Below, piece by piece: positions 1 to 8,872 of a DNA stretch of 34,038 bases. Location of the stretch: NCBI GenBank assembly GCA_008297865.1, contig VBQI01000001.1, positions 1 to 34,038 on the forward strand. The letters are read 5' to 3'. The first letter of the stretch is position 1, and every line of letters begins with the position of its first letter. The DNA is from Thermoplasmata archaeon (GTDB lineage: Archaea > Thermoplasmatota > E2 > UBA202 > JdFR-43). The translations under genes were made by a program, and so were the position numbers. A model generated the notes under the pieces. It was not told where the DNA came from. It ran no database searches and saw nothing but the letters and a program-made list of their open reading frames with translations.

Positions 1-276
1 AAATTTCTTAGGGAGAAAAGGAAGAAATTATAAATTTCTTGGAAGAACGAACAAAAGTCTCGGAGGGAATGTATAAAGGTTTACTAACTTAATATTATCA
101 GGTATTTTCTATTGTGATTGATTTAGTTCTTATTCTTTGGCAATTTAAATATTTCGCGGTAGCCGCTTTAGAAAAATTTTCCTCTAATTTTACAGATATA
201 AATCACTCATCCTTTGGCAAATTTTTACATTCGAATCTACTGGCTGACCAGTATATATTGTTTTACACCTCTCATT

Positions 277-1581
277 TTATTTTCCTACAGCAACGATAAA
301 CAATGGATCAAAGTCATCTCCATTTAATCCAAGCACCGAAAGAACAGTTCCTTTGTCTACTATGGGAAAAACATTTGCAGAAAGCCCCCATGCTGTTGAT
401 TCTAAAAGAGCGTTGTAGGCAGAGGCTCCTGCTTCATAATACCAAAGCCATCGAAACTCTTCTCCAGAAAAATCATCAAATCCTTTTGGTCTAGTTCTTT
501 CTATATCTAAAACAGAAACAATAATAAGGGGGGCAGTAGCGATAGATGGTGACGAAGCTTGCGCAATTTCATCTCGATAATCTCCACTTTTTATTTTCAT
601 CATAAAAGTTACAACTGGAATTGGAAACCATGAAAATGGTAGTAAATATATGCCGTAAATGGGATCATAAATGTTGGGTATATATCTATAAATTCCAGAT
701 TCCTTCACTACATAAATTCGTAATGGATAATAACCATGTGCGCTTGGAACAGTTCTATGCCGGTTGATGTGATAATAAAACTCATCTTTTGTTTTGTCTA
801 ATAGGTAAGAATACCCGTATGTCGACCATATTACTTGGAATTCTTCCTGCTTTGTAAGCTCACCTCCAAAAAATTCTGCTTCTCTTCTTTCTTCAATAGC
901 GTCTGTTAACGACATGTTGGAATACTGAATACGGGGAAGTAAAGAAAATACCAAAGGACAATAAACAAAATTATAAGGATATTTAGGATGACCGATGGGC
1001 ATAATAATTTTTGGCACATCGCTGGGTGGCAAGCCAATCTGTGACAATGTAAATCCTACTGTAGTAACGGTCCCTAAATCAAGTGCATTAGCCATGAAAT
1101 AGATATTTTGTCCAATTTCTCCAATTTCAGCACTTGCATAATTTTCATTGCTACTCTTTGTTGTATCCCACACAATCCCAAGCTGAATGGGGGCATCATA
1201 TTGTGCAACAAGTTTTCTGTAATCTCCTTCCTTATAGAAGATAAGTGAATGATTTAGTGGGTTATATGTATATACAGCATCTTCTTTCAATACATAGATT
1301 TTTGCTGTATATAAGCCATTAATTCCATGAACTGTTCTCTTTTCTTCATCTATATAGCCATAAGCAGCCCACAGTATTGTAGACAGCTCTTCCTCGCTTA
1401 CAGGTTCGTCGCTAAAAATTCGTATTGAACACCTCCTGAAAATAGATTCTTCGAGTGTCATGTTAACAGCAATTGGTGGAGGGAGCAACTCTTGCGAAGG
1501 CAATGTTGATACCTTAAATGTGTTCATGTGTGGTATAAAAAACATTATGATTAATCCCACAATTAGATACAATTTTTTCAT
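277..1581 (-). CDS. Signal-peptide/TM-anchored protein with two tandem nitroreductase-fold (SagB-like) domains
   Basis: ORF 277..1602. I prefer the internal ATG at 1581, which follows GGAGGCGTGAA (SD). It gives a hydrophobic N-terminus, MKKLYLIVGLIIMFFIP. Two repeats of a nitroreductase-like pattern are present: 'RRCSIRIFSDEPVSEEELSTILWAAYGY' and 'LTKQEEFQVIWSTYGYSY...TVPSAHGYYPLRIYV'. Confidence 0.6.
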   Translation of the reverse strand: MKKLYLIVGLIIMFFIPHMNTFKVSTLPSQELLPPPIAVNMTLEESIFRRCSIRIFSDEPVSEEELSTILWAAYGYIDEEKRTVHGINGLYTAKIYVLKEDAVYTYNPLNHSLIFYKEGDYRKLVAQYDAPIQLGIVWDTTKSSNENYASAEIGEIGQNIYFMANALDLGTVTTVGFTLSQIGLPPSDVPKIIMPIGHPKYPYNFVYCPLVFSLLPRIQYSNMSLTDAIEERREAEFFGGELTKQEEFQVIWSTYGYSYLLDKTKDEFYYHINRHRTVPSAHGYYPLRIYVVKESGIYRYIPNIYDPIYGIYLLPFSWFPIPVVTFMMKIKSGDYRDEIAQASSPSIATAPLIIVSVLDIERTRPKGFDDFSGEEFRWLWYYEAGASAYNALLESTAWGLSANVFPIVDKGTVLSVLGLNGDDFDPLFIVAVGK

Positions 1582-1631
1582 TTCACGCCTCCAAATATTC
1601 AATTAGTAATCATTTATAAAATTATCCCGCA

Positions 1632-2117
1632 TTAGAAATTGAAAATCCATAAGTCCATATTTGCAATAGCTTCATTTCTCTCAAAATCGCGCGCTACTAT
1701 GTTGATTGCGTGTTTAAATAAAAGCGGTTCATCCAAAATCCATTCAAATTGCATATCAGTTGTATTTTTTAGTATGCCATCAATAATGAAATCTACTTCA
1801 TATATTCCTGACTCATTGCTTACTGCCAATGACTCCCCATCAAAAGCTTCTGCCACAACTGTTATTGGGCCAATGACAATGGTGAGATTTTGAATGCCCA
1901 ACAACGCAACCTCTCTACCAAGAATATAGAGAAATCCTTCTTGAGGTATAATGATGTTAACAGTTGGTGGATTCAAATCTGCTTCAACATATCTAAAATT
2001 GCTATGGGTTTCTCTTTCATTATTTGACAAAACCGGTGGTAACTTATCTGGATGATCAGGTGGAGTGCATTTGTGCACTACTTTATCTTTTTTTCCATCG
2101 GAAGTATGATACACCAC
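1632..2117 (-). CDS. C-terminal fragment of a secreted protein (Ig-like beta-sandwich domain); probably fused to 2078..2623 by a frameshift
   Basis: The ORF starts at GTG. The same frame stays open upstream to 2246 and reads protein-like sequence (GWKKSWGTWWKHWESDDPSDKGEWDPEVWDDWVYYYSFKKDCLV...). The C-terminal ~105 aa resemble the C-terminal domains of the 829-aa and 775-aa secreted proteins. Confidence 0.5.
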   Translation of the reverse strand: MVYHTSDGKKDKVVHKCTPPDHPDKLPPVLSNNERETHSNFRYVEADLNPPTVNIIIPQEGFLYILGREVALLGIQNLTIVIGPITVVAEAFDGESLAVSNESGIYEVDFIIDGILKNTTDMQFEWILDEPLLFKHAINIVARDFERNEAIANMDLWIFNF

Positions 2118-2623
2118 AAGACAATCCTTTTTGAAAGAATAGTAGTATACCCAGTCATCCCATACTTCGGGATCCCATTCGCCCTTATCACTTGGGTCAT
2201 CACTTTCCCAGTGTTTCCACCAAGTGCCCCAGCTTTTTTTCCACCCCTATTTTCTCCACCGTCAGATGGACATTTCCCTACTGGTTTTCCATCGCAAATC
2301 CAAACCAAATATTCATCGCCACCAGCCACAATATTTCCTTGTTTATCAGTGTCTTTAATTCTATCCAGACACCACAATTCTATCTTGTGGGTTTTTCCAT
2401 CATCGCCCTTTATTTGTTGAGTATGGCAGCGCCAGCCATTAAGACCAAATCTTTTCCCATCATAATTTGGCTGTCTCGTCCCCACAGGTCCTGGATTTGG
2501 TGGGCAGGCTCCGCCTGCGATGCATGGTTTGCAAATGTAATCATTTTCAACTTTACCCAATGCTAATAAAATTCCACTTATCAACAGGCTTATCCCAACT
2601 ATAACAAAAAATGCTTTTCTCAA
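2078..2623 (-). CDS. N-terminal fragment of a secreted Cys/Gly-rich protein (TM/signal anchor)
   Basis: N-terminal hydrophobic segment MRKAFFVIVGISLLISGILLALG, then a Cys-rich region. It overlaps the next ORF by 40 nt. The tail after the A7 run (2234-2240) looks non-protein-like, which fits a frameshift. Confidence 0.5.
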   Translation of the reverse strand: MRKAFFVIVGISLLISGILLALGKVENDYICKPCIAGGACPPNPGPVGTRQPNYDGKRFGLNGWRCHTQQIKGDDGKTHKIELWCLDRIKDTDKQGNIVAGGDEYLVWICDGKPVGKCPSDGGENRGGKKAGALGGNTGKVMTQVIRANGIPKYGMTGYTTILSKRIVLWCIILPMEKKIK

Positions 2624-2821
2624 TATCTCGCCTCGAATCTTTAACGAAATATAGTTTATAAATGTATCTGATGAAAGGAATGAACGAAATGTTTGCTTGG
2701 CAAAGTAGGATTTCTCGATAAAATTTCTCAGTGGAGAAACAATGTCAGAAGGTATAGCACGAAAATGTAAACAGCTTTTTGAAGAAGACAGTGATATGCA
2801 AAGATAAAAAATTTGATTAGA

Positions 2822-3610
2822 TTAATCTTTTTTAATCTCTATTTTATCTTCAAGGTAAATTCGCATACCATCTATGGCAGCTATAGTTGGAATACCAGTT
2901 TTCTCACTTATCCAATTTGCCTGTTTCGTCGCCTGTTGAATTACTTTCAATCCCATGTGAGTTAGGATGGCAAGCTCGGGCTTAACCCCTCCTATTAATT
3001 CTGCAGCATCCTCAGTTGACATATGAAATGGTATTTTCCCATTTAGAGGGCGAGTTAAACATACTATGAGCAAGCGTGCCCCTTTGTGAGCTTCAATAAG
3101 TCCATCAAAAAGTTGCGTATCGCTTGTATAAGAAACTGCTCCGCTTTCGAGAACAAGTTTGAATCCAATTGTTGCAAGGTCAGAATGGAGTGCAGGCGTA
3201 ATATTCAATTCATACCAATCCTTCAACATTATTTTATCCCCAGGTTTTGCTACTTTTACCTCCTTAACAATTTTCTTATGATAAAAAGATATAGGACGAT
3301 AGTCATTTATGCCATTTATTACACTTTCGCTTCCTATAAGCATACCTCGCCTATTTTTCCCACCGAGTGTCATTGCTTCTATAAGTATTTCTGCATCCGT
3401 ATAGTGATCAGGATGAGCGTGAGAAACAAAAATAACATCCGTCTGTGTCGGATCGAGACCATGTTCATACATTTTTACTAAAGCACCAGGTCCAGGGTCG
3501 ACATGCATCAAAAGACCTTTCTCTGCAATATATATGCCTCCTGTGGCTCTTTTCTGAAATATTGTTGCAAATCTCCCGCCGCCAGTGCCAATGAATGTAA
3601 TCTTTGCCAT
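2822..3610 (-). CDS. Metallo-beta-lactamase-fold hydrolase
   Basis: HxHxDH motif 'VSHAHPDHY'. N-terminus MAKITFIGTGGG. The track start at 3625 is a TTG; the ATG at 3610 sits about 25-30 nt downstream of a TATA-like 'TTATAGATAAAA' on the coding strand. Confidence 0.75.
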   Translation of the reverse strand: MAKITFIGTGGGRFATIFQKRATGGIYIAEKGLLMHVDPGPGALVKMYEHGLDPTQTDVIFVSHAHPDHYTDAEILIEAMTLGGKNRRGMLIGSESVINGINDYRPISFYHKKIVKEVKVAKPGDKIMLKDWYELNITPALHSDLATIGFKLVLESGAVSYTSDTQLFDGLIEAHKGARLLIVCLTRPLNGKIPFHMSTEDAAELIGGVKPELAILTHMGLKVIQQATKQANWISEKTGIPTIAAIDGMRIYLEDKIEIKKD

Positions 3611-3722
3611 TAGAATGTAATGCAATTTTATCTATAATATTTTGGGGAGAATTTAGAAAGTTTGGAGCAAACTTAGAAAGCAAAAATAATAAAGCTTAAT
3701 AATAAACAATTGATTTGGAAAT

Positions 3723-4349
3723 ATGGCAATGGACATTATAGCATTTGTTGCTGGATTAATTGTGGGAATAGTTGCAGTTTCTGTAGCAGTTGAGTTTGCA
3801 TGGAGGAAGAGCGCTCCAGAAAAAACTTGCAAACTTTTGAAAAAATGGAGCCTGCACGAAATCAAAAATCCAATGATTGTTGCAGAACGTCTCCATGTCG
3901 AGCCCCCTGCCGACGCAAAAATTGTTGTTGCCAATCCTTCTTCTCATGCTAAGAATGCAAGAGAGAATCCAGATGTAATGGGAAACTTTGCGGTTGGACT
4001 AAATAAGGCATATATTTTCGCTGGAGAAATAAAAGAGGGACAGATTGCAATGGTGACTTCAGATGAAGATATTTTAAAGGAATTGAGGAGCATGTTTTAT
4101 GAATTTTACAGAAAAAAGGAAAAAGTTGTTTCATATGTTCCAAAAAAGGGGAGAGTGAGGATTCGTGGCATAGTGAGAGCGGTCTTTCCATATAGAGATG
4201 GCTATCTCATGCGTTTGTCATATGAAGGTGGCGTAGTGGGAGTCATTTTAAAAGAGAGGATGGATGTCGAAGGAAGGAGAGTAGAAGTTGAAGGAGAGGT
4301 CTTAGAGCACCCATTTATAAAGCCATCAAACATTACAATCCTTGATTAA
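3723..4349 (+). CDS. Hypothetical membrane-anchored protein
   Basis: 208-aa ORF with an N-terminal TM helix (IIAFVAGLIVGIVAVSVAV). Its stop directly abuts the next ATG (TAAATG at 4347-4352). I recognise no family. Confidence 0.5.
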   Translation: MAMDIIAFVAGLIVGIVAVSVAVEFAWRKSAPEKTCKLLKKWSLHEIKNPMIVAERLHVEPPADAKIVVANPSSHAKNARENPDVMGNFAVGLNKAYIFAGEIKEGQIAMVTSDEDILKELRSMFYEFYRKKEKVVSYVPKKGRVRIRGIVRAVFPYRDGYLMRLSYEGGVVGVILKERMDVEGRRVEVEGEVLEHPFIKPSNITILD

Positions 4350-5621
4350 ATGAGCATTCTTGTAAAAGATTCTATTATTGTAACTCAAAATGCAGATAGG
4401 AAGATAATAGAGGGAGATGTATATATTGAAGATGACAAAATAGTTGAAGTGGGAAGTGTAAGTGTTGAAGCAGATTTTGTTTTAAAAAATAAAATTGTTT
4501 TGCCTGGTTTAATCAACATGCATACTCATCTGCCAATGACTTTACTGCGCGGCTATGGCGATGATTTGCCACTAGAAGAATGGCTTACTACGAGAATATG
4601 GCCAGTAGAAGCTAAGCTGAGGGAAAAGCACATCGCAATAGGAACAAAACTTGCTTTTATGGAAATGGTTTCAACAGGCACAACCTGTTGCAATGACATG
4701 TATTTTTTTGAGGATATAATTGCAAAGGAGGCAAAAAGTTTTGGAATGCGTTGCTATGCAGGCTTCAGCATTATTGATTTTGATACACCTGAAATGAAAG
4801 CAGAGCATCTGCTGCCAGAATGTGAGAAGTTCGTTAAAAAATGGAAAGATGATGAAATTGTAAAGCCAGTTGTTGCTCCTCATTCAACATATACATGCTC
4901 TCCAGAAACCTTGGAAAAGGCAAATGAGATTGCGGGAAAATATGATACATTTATCCATATCCACTGTTCAGAAACAAGGAAAGAAGTTTATGATGTTTTG
5001 AACAGATATGGCTCTCGTCCTTTAGAACAGATAAAAAAGTATGGATTGCTTACCGGCAAAACAATGCTCGCTCATTGCGGATGGATAACTAAGGGAGAAG
5101 TGAAAGAGATAGCTAAAGCAAAAGCATGCGTTATTCACAATCCAGTGAGCAATATGAAACTTGCTACAGGTGGCTACACACCATTGCCAGAATTGATGAG
5201 CGAGAAAGCATGCATTGCCTTAGGAACAGATGGGGCAGCGAGCAACAATAAGCTTGATATGTTTGAAACAATGAAGTTTACTGCACTCATTCACAAGCAC
5301 CATAGATGGGATGCAAGCATTGTAAAGGCTCAGGAAGTGCTGGATATGGCTACAATAAATGCAGCAGAGTTTTTAGGCTTAAATGCAGGAAGCATTGAAG
5401 AAGGCAAGTTTGCAGATATAATTTGCTTAGACAAGATATCTCCAAATTTGATTCCTCGTCATAATATCATTAGCCATTTGGTATACGCTGCAAGTGGCTT
5501 CAATGTCAGTGATGTAGTTATAAACGGAAAAGCAATAATGCTTGACAAAAAGTTTATGAACATTAACGAAGAGAAAGTTTATGAAGAGGCAGAGGAGGCG
5601 AAGGAGGAGTTAATTGAATGA
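4350..5621 (+). CDS. mtaD: Amidohydrolase, 5-methylthioadenosine/S-adenosylhomocysteine (5'-deoxyadenosine) deaminase-like
   Basis: Typical MtaD/DadD N-terminus 'LPGLINMHTHLPMTLLRGYGDDLPLEEWL' with an HxH metal motif, 'HCSET', and 'GTDGAASNN'. Length 423 aa. Confidence 0.8.
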   Translation: MSILVKDSIIVTQNADRKIIEGDVYIEDDKIVEVGSVSVEADFVLKNKIVLPGLINMHTHLPMTLLRGYGDDLPLEEWLTTRIWPVEAKLREKHIAIGTKLAFMEMVSTGTTCCNDMYFFEDIIAKEAKSFGMRCYAGFSIIDFDTPEMKAEHLLPECEKFVKKWKDDEIVKPVVAPHSTYTCSPETLEKANEIAGKYDTFIHIHCSETRKEVYDVLNRYGSRPLEQIKKYGLLTGKTMLAHCGWITKGEVKEIAKAKACVIHNPVSNMKLATGGYTPLPELMSEKACIALGTDGAASNNKLDMFETMKFTALIHKHHRWDASIVKAQEVLDMATINAAEFLGLNAGSIEEGKFADIICLDKISPNLIPRHNIISHLVYAASGFNVSDVVINGKAIMLDKKFMNINEEKVYEEAEEAKEELIE

Positions 5622-5624
5622 AAT

Positions 5625-6200
5625 TTATAGGGAATTAATTGAATGAAGTTTCTTTCCTCTCATTCCTATTGCCAAAGCCTCACCATATTCAATGATTTCC
5701 TCTTTCTCAACTGAAAATCTCTTTCTTATGTATTCCTCAATTTTATTTACATCAAGATGTTTTATATTCCTCTTTATATACCCACCCCTTTCATATCTTT
5801 CTTTGAAATATGAAGAAGAGGTGTTTAAAAGAATGGCAACAATTTTTCCTTCTTTTTTCAGAATTCTGTATGCTTCATCAATTGTCTTTCTGTAATCTTC
5901 TATAAATTCTAAGGATGTGATAAAAATTGCATTATCAAATGATGCATTTTTAAAAGGCAGAGCTGTTGCATCTGCTTTAATAACTTCTATTCTTTTACTT
6001 GCCATCTTTATCATCTCATCATCCAACTCCACTCCCACTATTTCCACTTTCTTTATCTCCATTATTCTTCTTTCAATTATTCCTGTTCCACATCCTATGC
6101 TTACTGCTATCTCTCCTTCTAAATTTTTTGCAACATATCTTGCTTCTTCTTCCAGAATTTTTTTACCTAAAGGCGTAGAAAAAAATTCATCATAATTCAT
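5625..6200 (-). CDS. Class I SAM-dependent methyltransferase
   Basis: Motif I 'VSIGCGTGI' and an acidic motif-II-like 'GVELDDEM'. 191 aa. ATGA overlap with the upstream gene at 6197-6200. Confidence 0.75.
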   Translation of the reverse strand: MNYDEFFSTPLGKKILEEEARYVAKNLEGEIAVSIGCGTGIIERRIMEIKKVEIVGVELDDEMIKMASKRIEVIKADATALPFKNASFDNAIFITSLEFIEDYRKTIDEAYRILKKEGKIVAILLNTSSSYFKERYERGGYIKRNIKHLDVNKIEEYIRKRFSVEKEEIIEYGEALAIGMRGKKLHSINSL

Positions 6201-6799
6201 ATCTCCACCACTTTACCAGCGAGGCATTCTATTGTGTTAGGAAAAGCTTCTATCTGCCTTTTAAGCTTAGTGCAGTGGCAGGGCATTACCAGCGGATATT
6301 TTCTCAGTAATTCTATCTCCTTAAAACCATGAAATCCTCCTATAATAGCATATATCTTGCCATATTTTTCTGCTATTTTTATCACATTTTTAAGTCCATT
6401 ATGACTGCATCCAGTGAAAATTACTATCTTGTCATCATCTTTAACAATTAAAGATTGTTCCCCATTTATTTCTCCAGTTGAAATAAAATTTGGAAGAAAT
6501 TCCTCATTACCTACTTTCATTCCTTTTAAATTAGAAGAAGGTGGAACATAAATTTTTCCTTCATATTTTAGTTTTAATTTTTTCAGCCCACCTGCATGAT
6601 CCCAATGGCTATGAGATATAAAAATGGCGTCTATATCATTTAAGCTAATCCCGAGCTTTTTCATATTATGTTTTAGCACACCGTATCTTCCTCCAGTATC
6701 GAAAAGCAAATTTATACTATGCTCTATGAAACATGAAAAACCCCAGCTTGCTTTAAAGCCCTGCAAAGCCTTATTGTCATAAACAATTTTAACAATCAT
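6197..6799 (-). CDS. MBL-fold metallo-hydrolase (COG1237-like)
   Basis: 'WGFSCFIE...LLFDTGG' and 'ISHSHWDHAGGL' (HxHxDH). ATGA overlaps at both ends. Confidence 0.75.
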   Translation of the reverse strand: MIVKIVYDNKALQGFKASWGFSCFIEHSINLLFDTGGRYGVLKHNMKKLGISLNDIDAIFISHSHWDHAGGLKKLKLKYEGKIYVPPSSNLKGMKVGNEEFLPNFISTGEINGEQSLIVKDDDKIVIFTGCSHNGLKNVIKIAEKYGKIYAIIGGFHGFKEIELLRKYPLVMPCHCTKLKRQIEAFPNTIECLAGKVVEI

Positions 6800-7431
6800 T
6801 CTTTCACCTTTGTAGGCTTTTTCAATTGCTTTAACTTTTCCTTAATGAATTTGTCAATACATTCATCTATGCCCTCCATTGCCATATATATTTCCACACC
6901 TTCATCTCCAAGCATATGAAAGGCAATTTCTCCAATTTCCTTTGTTATTAATGCATCTATGCCTTCTGAAATCAAAAATTTTGCGCATGAAAGTCCAGCT
7001 CTCATCTTTTTCTCCTTATATGGATTTTTAATCTCCCTTTTTTCAACAATCTTTCCTTCCTCTCTGTCCACTTTGAAAACTAAAAATTTTTCTGCCCTTC
7101 CAAAATGCTCAGAAACTTTATTGTCATCGATGGGAATTGCCGCTTTTGCATATCTTTCCTTATACGGCTCAATATGAATGGTGAAGAAATCCACTTCTTT
7201 CACTTCTTCTTTTATTTTTTCCTCTATCTTTCCTGCTATTTCATGAGCTTTACTCACATCTATACCTTTTTTAACAAAAATCTTTACCTCTCCAAATAAA
7301 AATGGGCCAGATTTCCTGAGCCTCAAATCATCAAATCCTCCTATATTTTCCATCTCATTTAGTGTATCTGTTATTTTCTCCTTTGCATATTTTGGAGAGA
7401 AATCCATGAGGGCGTAAATTGCGTCCTTCAT
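6796..7431 (-). CDS. Cation diffusion facilitator C-terminal cytoplasmic domain fused to a NifX-like (COG1433-type) domain
   Basis: The N-terminal half resembles a CDF C-terminal domain (DAIYALMDFSP...HEIAGKIEEKIKEEV...FTIHIEP). The C-terminal half carries the NifX-like signature 'SEHFGRAEKFLVFKV...GIDALITKEIGEIAF'. Confidence 0.65.
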   Translation of the reverse strand: MKDAIYALMDFSPKYAKEKITDTLNEMENIGGFDDLRLRKSGPFLFGEVKIFVKKGIDVSKAHEIAGKIEEKIKEEVKEVDFFTIHIEPYKERYAKAAIPIDDNKVSEHFGRAEKFLVFKVDREEGKIVEKREIKNPYKEKKMRAGLSCAKFLISEGIDALITKEIGEIAFHMLGDEGVEIYMAMEGIDECIDKFIKEKLKQLKKPTKVKE

Positions 7432-7436
7432 GCTTT

Positions 7437-8024
7437 CTATGCCAACTCTAAAATTAAAATTGATATTCCGATGCTGAAAATTCCTTCAACATATCGAACA
7501 TTGTAAAAATCCAGCGTGATACCCATCAGAACAAATATGGAAGAAATAGCATCTACTTTCCTTTCATGTCCTACAGCTATCAACGACTGCATTCCCTGCC
7601 TTTTCCCTACTTTGCATATATGAATGGCAATTACATAGGAAACTGCAATAGATATGATTGCTGTTAAAATGGCTATATATGGTATTTTTAGGGATGGAAT
7701 AGCATACAACTTTTTATAGCCCTCCATGGCTATTTCATATCCTGCAAAAAATATCAAAAAAGAAATGAACAAAGTTGCCAAATTCTCAGCTTTGTAGTAA
7801 CCATATGGAAATCTCTCATCTGGAGCTTTTGAGGCAATTTTTATTCCGATTGCAGCTGTAAAAATGACAAGCAAATCAGAGGCAGAATGCATTGCATCAG
7901 AGATAAGCAATAAGGAACCAGAAAAATAGCCAACTAAAGCCTTAAGCAAAGCAAGGAACAAGGTTGCTAGTCCTGCAAGCAAAGAAATTCTGTAACCCTC
8001 CTTAAACACATTTTGCTTTTTCAT
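7437..8024 (-). CDS. Cation diffusion facilitator (CDF) transmembrane domain; separated from its C-terminal domain by a frame change
   Basis: 'LKALVGYFSGSLLLISDAMHSASDLL' is a typical CDF TM1-2 metal-site motif. Multiple TM helices. It ends at TAG 7437-7439, and the continuation is in another frame. Confidence 0.7.
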   Translation of the reverse strand: MKKQNVFKEGYRISLLAGLATLFLALLKALVGYFSGSLLLISDAMHSASDLLVIFTAAIGIKIASKAPDERFPYGYYKAENLATLFISFLIFFAGYEIAMEGYKKLYAIPSLKIPYIAILTAIISIAVSYVIAIHICKVGKRQGMQSLIAVGHERKVDAISSIFVLMGITLDFYNVRYVEGIFSIGISILILELA

Positions 8025-8872
8025 TTTAACTTATTTTCAATTTTATTCCATATTTTACGCATTGATTCTGCAATATTTTCGTCATACTCAACAATATTCA
8101 ATCCCTTTACCATTGCTTCAGTAAATTTTTTATTGAAAGGTATTTTGCCAACAATATCAATACCCTTCTCTTTACAAAACCTCTCAATTTTTTCAGTCAT
8201 CCCCTCATTTATATCATATTTATTCACCACAACAACGGCTCTGATTTTAAAATGCTCCGCCACGCTAAGTATCCTTTCCATATCATGAATGGCTGCCATT
8301 GTGGGTTCCGCAACTATGATAACCAAGTCTGTATTCCCAATGGAAGCTATAACTGGACAGCCAATGCCGGCAGGAGAATCAATTATAATCAAATCTATTC
8401 CCTTCTTTTCAGCAACTTCCCTTGCTTTTTGTCTTACCTGAGCAACTAATTTGCCCGATGCCTCCTCTCCTGCTTCCAGAAGTCCGTAAACGAAGTTCCC
8501 AAATCTTGTGTTTGCAGTGTATATGTGCCCTGTTACTCTTTCATACATACTTATGGCATTTACTGGACAAACAAGCGTGCATACCTTGCAACCCTCGCAT
8601 TTCTCTTCCATTACCTTAAAATTTTCTATTGCGTTGAATCTGCAAGCTCTCTGACAAGCTCCACATTCAGTACATTTCTCCTCATCTATTCTTGCCACCT
8701 TCATTCCTTTATATGGTATCCTTTCCATTATCTCGGGCTTAAGAATGAGATGAAGATTGGGAGCATCAACATCGCAGTCAGCAAAAACTGCTTCAGTTAA
8801 TGAAGCAAAAGATGCAACTATGCTTGTTTTACCAGTTCCTCCTTTTCCACTTGCCACAGCAATTTGCCTCAT
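8021..8872 (-). CDS. MinD/ParA-superfamily P-loop ATPase with inserted 2x[4Fe-4S] ferredoxin motifs (COG1149-like)
   Basis: Deviant Walker A 'ASGKGGTGKTS'. 'CTECGACQRACRFNAI' and 'CEGCKVCTLVCPVNAI'. Confidence 0.85.
   Translation of the reverse strand: MRQIAVASGKGGTGKTSIVASFASLTEAVFADCDVDAPNLHLILKPEIMERIPYKGMKVARIDEEKCTECGACQRACRFNAIENFKVMEEKCEGCKVCTLVCPVNAISMYERVTGHIYTANTRFGNFVYGLLEAGEEASGKLVAQVRQKAREVAEKKGIDLIIIDSPAGIGCPVIASIGNTDLVIIVAEPTMAAIHDMERILSVAEHFKIRAVVVVNKYDINEGMTEKIERFCKEKGIDIVGKIPFNKKFTEAMVKGLNIVEYDENIAESMRKIWNKIENKLK

Noticed and set aside
1-60. 16-nt exact inverted match between the left edge (33-48, aatttcttggaagaac; the preceding a at 32 would correspond to a base beyond the right edge) and the right edge (34023-34038), suggesting flanking inverted IS copies or a composite transposon
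   Set aside because: The similarity stops after 16 nt and the downstream sequences diverge completely. In 34 kb of AT-rich DNA a 16-mer match is not clearly beyond chance. Worth rechecking only if flanking sequence becomes available.
114-299. 61-aa plus-strand ORF in the left intergenic region
   Set aside because: No SD or promoter context and a low-complexity hydrophobic translation. Its end overlaps the 3' end of the nitroreductase-like gene.
2624-2821. Tiny plus-strand ORFs (about 16-19 aa) in the 198-bp spacer
   Set aside because: They are too short, have no SD, and there is no conservation evidence available. The spacer more likely holds the promoter for the minus-strand gene at 2623.
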